Shown here: positions 57,301 to 64,000 of the stretch, in pieces
Numbering within the stretch: the stretch's first letter is position 1
Layout of the letters: each line of letters begins with the position of its first letter
DNA from: Nitrospirales bacterium
Lineage (GTDB): Bacteria; Nitrospirota; Nitrospiria; Nitrospirales; UBA8639
DNA: 64,000 bases
Assembly (NCBI GenBank): GCA_965203295.1
Contig: CBDBCZ010000019.1
Span: forward strand, 384,001-448,000
Direction of reading: 5' to 3'
Notes under the pieces: generated by a model
The model's database searches: none
The model's input: the letters and a program-made list of their open reading frames with translations, nothing else
Told to the model about the DNA's origin: nothing
Made by a program: the position numbers and the translations under genes

Positions 57301-58164
57301 ATGAAAATCGTCTTAGCCGTTGATGGATCTGACCAGTCTTACGAGGCCGTTCGGGCAGTGGAAAGCCTTGCGCCCGTAGAACAATTAATCGTGCTTCACG
57401 CAATGAATATTCCTGGATTGTCCTACCCAACACTCGGGCCGAATCTTGACAAAGAGTTAGCACTCACTGTGGTGCAGGTTATGAACGAAGAGGCTGATCG
57501 CCTCTTGGACAGAGTGATTTCTCTGCTCCCTTCTCACCATGACTCCATCATCAAACGTTTGGAAGAAGGTAACCCAGCGGAGAAGATCTTAAGTGTCGCT
57601 GAAGAATGCAGTACCGATCTCATTGTGATTGGGGCTCGAGGGCTCAACAAGTTTAGCGAGCATGTGTTTGGCAGTGTGTCGCATCGTGTGATGACGCATG
57701 CGCCCTGTTCGACCCTTATCGTTAAGTCACCAATGCGTCACGTGCAGCAGGTGTTGTTGCCGGTGGAAAATGAAAAGGACGCGTCGGTGATCGCAGAATT
57801 TTTGAGCAAAACTCCTTATCGCGAGTCGCCGGCTCTGACGATTCTGCACGTCATTCCTTTCTCAGAGCCTGTCTGGCCGGTGGGAGCGTTGATTCCGGAA
57901 TCGTTCCGAAAAGAGATGATGGACCATGCAGAGGGTATGACAAAGGAAATTGCTTCCCGGTTGAACGGATTGGGATATAAGGCTGAGGGGAAAGCTGTGG
58001 TAGGCGTTCCTTCCTCGGCTATCGTTCAGGAACTGGCGTCCAAGAAATATGACCTTATTCTCATGAGGTCGAAGAACCGGACGGGTATGAGTCGCTTTTT
58101 GTTGGGTAGCGTCTCTCATTCCGTCACTCATCATTCTCCTTGTTCTGTACTCTTTGTTCATTAG
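57301..58164 (+). CDS. Tandem universal stress protein
   Basis: AVDGSDQS, GARG....FGSVS, LLGSVS (two USP domains). Confidence 0.92.
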   Translation: MKIVLAVDGSDQSYEAVRAVESLAPVEQLIVLHAMNIPGLSYPTLGPNLDKELALTVVQVMNEEADRLLDRVISLLPSHHDSIIKRLEEGNPAEKILSVAEECSTDLIVIGARGLNKFSEHVFGSVSHRVMTHAPCSTLIVKSPMRHVQQVLLPVENEKDASVIAEFLSKTPYRESPALTILHVIPFSEPVWPVGALIPESFRKEMMDHAEGMTKEIASRLNGLGYKAEGKAVVGVPSSAIVQELASKKYDLILMRSKNRTGMSRFLLGSVSHSVTHHSPCSVLFVH

Positions 58165-58270
58165 TCTTCAAGGGTATGAAACGGTCTCTCTGATTTGTAA
58201 AGACTTGGATTTAATCTTTCAGATAGTGTTTGGTGAAGGTCCGAAAAGCTCGAGAGGTGTGGCGGGTGGA

Positions 58271-58364
58271 TTCTCACCCCGTCATCCCAGAAATGTTTTA
58301 GCGGGGATCCATTTTTTTATAATCCTGGATGCCCGCTAAAGCCTGGGGTATGACGGTGAAAATT
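58271..58364. repeat. REP-like long imperfect palindrome (cgtcat-ccc..ggg-atcc type)
   Basis: ccgtcatcccag..tttagcggggatcca and tggatgcccgctaaa..ctggggtatgacgg; a half copy lies at 34570-34605. Confidence 0.75.
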
Positions 58365-58613
58365 CTATGGGGTAAAAATTTTATCCCCTTTTGTGTATCT
58401 GTGTGTTCCGCCTTGCGCGTGGCTGAGTCCCAGCGCCGAATCTCACAACTCGGCGAAGACTGTCTGAGCGGAGCGAGTTCTGCAGCCATATGATTCGGTG
58501 CTGGGACGAAGGAGACCCGCAGGGCCAGGCGCGGGCGGGAATGGTTTGGGGTCCTTTTGCCGAAACAAAAGGACCTCGGCGTGAGGGGCCGAAACCCCGC
58601 TCAAATAAAAACG
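58323..58613 (-). repeat. Dispersed ~295-bp structured repeat, copy 2
   Basis: Reverse-complement match to 34310-34605. Confidence 0.92.
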
Positions 58614-58714
58614 ATTGAACCAAACATCATGAATGCCCGCTGACGACTGACTTATGTCCCCTGAGAACAGAAGGAATTCTCAACTCGGTTTTTTGCTGAA
58701 TAAGGAAAGATGTT

Positions 58715-58807
58715 GTGAATCGCCAGTGGCTTCTTATTAGTGTTGTCGCGGTCGTCATAGCGATTGTGATTTTCCTTGTCTTCTTTTGCCCAGAAGACTG
58801 TCACTAA
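58715..58807 (+). CDS. 30-aa membrane peptide with a CPEDCH tail, absent from the ORF track
   Basis: GTG start after aaggaaag; MNRQWLLISVVAVVIAIVIFLVFFCPEDCH. Confidence 0.55.
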   Translation: MNRQWLLISVVAVVIAIVIFLVFFCPEDCH

Positions 58808-58872
58808 CTCTCATTATCCTTAGCATACACGAGAGTTATTCCATCACGTGAGGCACATACTTGGGAAGCGAG

Positions 58873-60164
58873 TTAGGACGACAAGCCTTTCCCTGTTAAT
58901 CTGTCCAACTCCGCTAATGCAACCGAGAGATCGAATCGAGCCTCCGCATAACCACCCAGCGTTGCCCATAAAATCCGTTGGGCATCTAAAACTTCCAAAA
59001 GGCTGGCTTCCCCAAAACGAAAGCTCACCTGCGCAATGCGAACCGCTTCATGAGCTTGCTTGAGCAATCCCTCTTCGTAGGTGATAATCTGGGCCGCTGC
59101 AACTTGAGAAATCTGAAAGTGCTGCGCGACTCTTTTTACGAGATCTTTTTGGACACCGACGAGAGTTGCCTCTGCCTGACGTTTGTTTCCCAGGGCTTGA
59201 GAAATCTCCCCTTGGCGTTGGTACCACAAAGGCAACGCAACGGTCACCCCACCGAGATACCCCTCTCGACCAGCATCTCTTTGGTAGGAACCACTTAGCG
59301 TAATATTAGGAATCCGTTCTTCTTTTTGTTGGAGGTAACGTTGCTCGGTTTCTTCCACAAGTTGCCGGAGCTTGAGTATGATGGGGTGCTGATCAAGAGC
59401 CTGCTCGGACAAACGGTCAAGCTACAGATCCTTGGGAGGATCGGCAAAATCTCCTTGAACAGCGAAATCGGACTCAAAAAATCCCGCCGTCAACGTATTG
59501 AGTGATACCTCGGCGACGCGGACCGCCTCTCGCGTCTTGGTCACTTCTTTTTTGACCTTTAGTATCTCAACATTTATTTTGACAACTTCAAAAGGTGGGG
59601 CTTCTCCAACTTCAATTTCAATTCTCTCCTGCACCGCTCGGGCAAGATTTTGCACGGTCTTGAGATTCTGCAAGGCTAACTTCGCCTTCTTTTCAGCCAG
59701 AACGAGCTCAAAGAACGCGCGCTTGACCCCAGCGGTCAGATCTAATCGTAGTTCATTCAGAACGGATTGGGCGCTTGCCACGGCTGCTTCTGCAGCTTTG
59801 CGTCGTGCCAGCCTTTTGGCAGGCCATTCGAATGGTTGACTCAACGTCACATAACGTTCTGTCACCGAGATGTCACTAGAAGGATCTAACACCGTGCCAT
59901 ATCCTGCTTGCACATCGATGGAGGGATTGGGGTAAGCCGTCTCGGCCAGTTTTTGTCCTTGTTTTTCTTCAACGACTCCCTTCCCTCCCGTCATGAGAGG
60001 ATTGTGTTTCAGCGCGAGCTCGATAATCTCATGGAGGCTATATGTGGAATCCCTTGATTTTCCCTTTTCTCCATAAGCGGGAAGAGTTAAACAAAAGCAT
60101 GTCGAAAAAACCGTTATCCAGAAGGGCAGCATATGTTTTCTGAAGTCCCGTCTTTTCTGAATCA
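58873..60164 (-). pseudogene. TolC/CzcC outer-membrane efflux protein, frameshift near 59420; start uncertain
   Basis: ALKHNP, YPNPSI, LSQPFEW, GEASLLEVLDAQR. Confidence 0.85.
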
Positions 60165-60230
60165 TGGATTCCACAAGCCATTGCTTATGGAGTTGAGTAG
60201 ATAAATCTTTTGGTCCTTGGTTGCTTGCCT

Positions 60231-63200
60231 TCATGTTTTCCCTCCTCGGCAGATGTGCTGATATAGGGCGGGGAGGACGAATAGAGTCAAGATCGTCGAG
60301 GTGATCAATCCTCCAATAACCACCGTAGCTAAAGGACGTTGAACCTCAGCCCCCATACTGGTAGCCAGAGCCATGGGCAGAAATCTCAAACTGGCTACTA
60401 ACGCGGTCATGAGAACTGGTCTGAATCGGTCCATCGCCCCCTGAACAATTGCCAGATTGATGGACATTGATTCTGCTTCTAGCGAACGTATTCTCGAGAC
60501 CAACACCACGCCATTGAGCACGGCAATCCCGAATAAGGCAACAAAGCCAATGATGGCCGAAATGCTCAGGGGTAGTCCTCGGATCCAAATGGCGAGTAAG
60601 CCTCCTGATAGAGCTAAGGGGACATTCAGGAAAATCAATACAGCTGGTCGTAACGCCCAAAAAATCAAGGTCAGGACCCCGAAAATCCCAATCAGCGTGA
60701 TGGGAACAACCAGAGCCAGGCGTTGGGAAGCTTCTTGAAGATGCTCGTATTGACCCCCCTATTGCACGTAGTACCCAGGGGGCAAGTTCATCGACTCTGC
60801 GATAATCTCCTGAGCCTGGCTAACAAAACTTCCCAAGTCTCGACCGCGGATATTGCTTTCGACGACGATACGACGATGAAGACCCTCACGGCTTACTTGC
60901 GCCGGCCCCTCGTCTACAAAAATGGTCGTTATTCGAGAAAGAGGAACGAGTTCTCCGTGCGGAGTTGGGGCTAATAGATTTCCCAAGGCAGAGGGACCTG
61001 CCGATGCTTTATCCGCGAGCCGGACAACCAGTTGAAACCGACGTTCGCCTTCAAAGACGATTCCTACTACCTGACCAACTCGGGCACTTTGAACAAAACT
61101 CAGGATGTCTGCGGCGTCTACTCCATACCGGGCAATTTGATCTCGATCCACGACAATGCGAATTCTTGGTACTCCAGAAACCTGCTCGACTTTCACGTCC
61201 GCAGCGCCAGGAATCTTTTCGAGGATCCGGGCCAACGACTCAGCCTGTTGACCAAGAATCGCCAAATCCTCCCCGAAAATTTTCACGGCGACATCAGAGC
61301 GCGTTCCAGCGATCAATTCGTTAAACCGCATTTCAATGGGTTGGGTAAAACTTAGCCCAACGCCCGGCACAGAATGCAGAATCGCCTGTTTCATTCTTTC
61401 GATTAACTGCTTCTTTGTGGTCGCGCTTGTCCATTCGTCTCTGGGTTTCAGGTTGACAAAGACGTCGGATAATTCAATACCCATCGGGTCCTTGGCGACT
61501 TCTGGGTTTCCTGTTCGACTCACGACCTGGGTGACTTCGGGAAATTGCCGGATCACTTGTTCGACGGCGAGAGCTGTTTCCACCGATTCACTAATAGACA
61601 CACTCGGAAGTCTCCACACCATGATGGCCATGTCCCCTTCGTCTAATCGTGGCATAAACACTATTCCCAGGGACCCCGCTAAGAGCACGCTTACGGCAAA
61701 TAGCACAATTGTAGGTGTGACGACCCACACAGGACGACGGATCGAAAATCGAAGGACTGGTTCGTACAGGGAAAGTGCCCATTGAACCATCCGCGTTTCA
61801 CGCCCGTGGATTTTTGGACGAGCTAACCAGTAGCCCAACGCAGGGACAACGGTCATGGCAAAAGCCAAAGACCCAGCAAGAGCAAAAATGACCGTGATGG
61901 CCATGGGGCAGAACATTTTTCCTTCAAGACCCGTGAGAGAGAGAACGGGAATATACACAAGAATGATAATGCCAACCGCAAAAGCTACCGGGCGAAGAAC
62001 CTCCCGAGCCGATTCTTGAATGCCGCGCATTCTGGCTTCTGGTGTGGGGTCCTTCATGGTTCCAAGCTTTCGAAGAATGTTGTCAATCATCACCACTGAT
62101 CCATCAACAAGAAGACCGAAATCAATAGCCCCTAGGCTCATCAAATTCCCTGATAGACCTACCTGCACCATACCCATGAAAGCGAGTAACATGGAAAGAG
62201 GAATCGCTGAAGCTACGATGAGACCCGCGCGAAGATCACCTAAAAAGGCAAACAGGATGGCCACGACGAGTAATCCACCTTCCAGCAAATTGTTGCGCAC
62301 GGTTTGAATGACCTGAGAGACAAACACGGAACGATCGTAGTAGGGTTCAAGGATCACGCCGGCAGGTAAGGATTTTTGAATTTCCTGGATTCGAGCTTTC
62401 ACATTCTCAAGCACCTGCTGGGCATTGGTCCCTGCAAGCATTTGAACCATGCCAATAACGGTTTCTCCTTCCCCCATTCTGGTGGCTGCCCCAATTCGGA
62501 GAGCTCCTCCTTCCTGAACCTTGGCCACATCCTTGATATAAATCGGGACTCCCCCAGGGTGGTGATCGACGAGAATTTGCGCGAGATCTTCAACGTTTGA
62601 AGCCAGAGCTTCCCCTCGAATCAGGAATTGTTCCCGTTCATGCTGAATGTAGCCACCGCCGGCCATGGCATTATTGGCTTCGAGGGCTGTAAAGACTTGC
62701 TTGAGAGACAGATTAAAAGCTAACAGTTTCTGGGGGTCGACAATGACCTGATATTGCTTATCTTCACTCCCCAAATATTCACCTCCACGACATCTGGAAC
62801 AGTGCGGAGCCGCCTTCCAATGTCCCATTCCAAGATCGTGCGTAAGGCCATAGGACTGTAACCTTCACCTCGGAGAGTGAACTGATACACTTCCCCTAGG
62901 CCAGTTGTGAGAGGACCCATGATGGGCCGAGCATATTGGCGAGGTATTTGATCGGCTGCGACAGTGACCCGTTCATTCACGAGTTGTCGTATAAGGTAGA
63001 GATCCATGTCATCTTCAAAAATTACGGTGACAACTGAAAGTCCATACCGTGAAATCGACCGAATTTCTCGAAGTCCCGGCAATCCACCCAAGGCTGTTTC
63101 AATGGGAAAAGTGACGAATTGCTCTACCTCAACGGGTCCCAAGGCTGGAGCCCGAGTCAGAACTTGAACCTGAACCGGTGTCAGGTCCGGAACGGCATCA

Positions 63201-63302
63201 ATGGTTAGTTCTCTCAAAGACCAGAAACCTGAGGACCACCATGACGAGAGCGACCAAGGTGAAAAACCGGTACCGAAGTGAAAGATTAAGGAGGCTTTCT
63301 AT
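60231..63302 (-). pseudogene. CusA/CzcA heavy-metal RND permease; frameshifts near 63230, 62770 and 60760; start codon appears as ATA
   Basis: IDAVPDLT, NLMSLGAIDFG, GIAVLNG, RPVLMTALVA, EVQRPLATVVIGG. Confidence 0.92.
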
Positions 63303-63317
63303 AAAATACCTACCGAC

Positions 63318-64000
63318 TTATTCCCCTTGAATCGACTCTTTCATGAGGGCGTTTTTAAGACCAAAGACGCCTTTGGTGACAACTTCGTCTCCAACCATGA
63401 GGCCTTGTTTCACCTCAACCCAACCATCGGCTTCCGGTCCAAGTTCGATCGGGACAAACTGAAATCCTTCTTTGCGCTTGATAAAAACCCCTCGGGTACC
63501 CTCAATGAAGGTTGGAGCAGATACGGGGATAGCCAAGACGGATGCAGATTTCTCAACGAGTCTCACCTCCACATATTCATTGGGCTTTAACTGATCTTGT
63601 GGATTCTCGACATCAAACCTGAAGTGAATCGTAAGCGTGGCTTTATCCGCGAGAGGAGCAATATAGGAAAGGGCTGCCTCAATGGGTTCTCGTCCCTTGG
63701 GTACGATGATTCCTTGGTCACCAATCTTAAAACGCTGGACCTGTTCCACCGGAAGGTTAGCGAATACCCAGACCTCGCTTGTGTCCACGACTTGAAACAA
63801 CTCGTTCCCAGGCAAGACCCCTTATCCTAATACAACGCTTTGCGATGCGATGGTTCCGCTGAGTGGAGCTTTCAAAATATAGCGGTGCCCATGGATATGG
63901 CTGCCCTGAACCAAGTTCAGCAACTCCGCATCGGCCAGACCCATGTTTTGGAGCTTTTCGGTGATGTGTTGATAAACAGCTTTGGCTTCCAAGAATTTGG
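63318..64000 (-). pseudogene. CzcB-type RND periplasmic adaptor, partial at the right edge, in-frame TAA at 63822-63824
   Basis: LKAPLSGTI..VVLG*GV..LFQVVDTSEVWV..LKPNEY..GL..GDEVVTKG. Confidence 0.85.

Noticed and set aside
59611..59622. In-frame 6-bp duplication (IEIE) in the TolC-like gene
   Set aside because: Minor slippage event in an already broken gene.
1..64000. CRISPR array, rRNA, tRNA, integron attC array, reverse transcriptase systems
   Set aside because: No regularly spaced repeat-spacer units, cloverleafs, attC sites or RT/integrase ORFs were seen.

Overview
Bacterial chromosomal window, about 50% GC by eye. A Nitrospirota-like origin is inferred from the gene set, for example a small CxxC..CxxC protein and a SUMF1-type protein. 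It is a mosaic of housekeeping and stress genes (ttcA, msrA, typA, an RRM RNA-binding protein, a DEAD-box helicase, elbB) and accessory genes. About half of the roughly 60 recognisable genes are broken by in-frame stops, frameshifts or internal deletions, and the point lesions look biased to GG>AG. Structure not explained by the genes includes: a 4.3 kb transposase-less segment bounded by 42-bp TGT..ACA inverted repeats (22932-27245); a ~295-bp structured repeat in two copies with a flipped hairpin loop; interleaved GGGTCAG-type repeats around defence-like cargo (34.7-38.9 kb); a membrane-anchored receiver protein with a Rossmann domain inserted inside the REC fold, behind a structured leader; and a decaying sigma54-linked island (ftsH, ctpF-like ATPase, otsB, GH65, por genes, GltD-like protein, USP) resembling the mycobacterial DosR dormancy gene set. 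No rRNA, tRNA or CRISPR array was found. Family assignments come from motif recognition only, without database searches.
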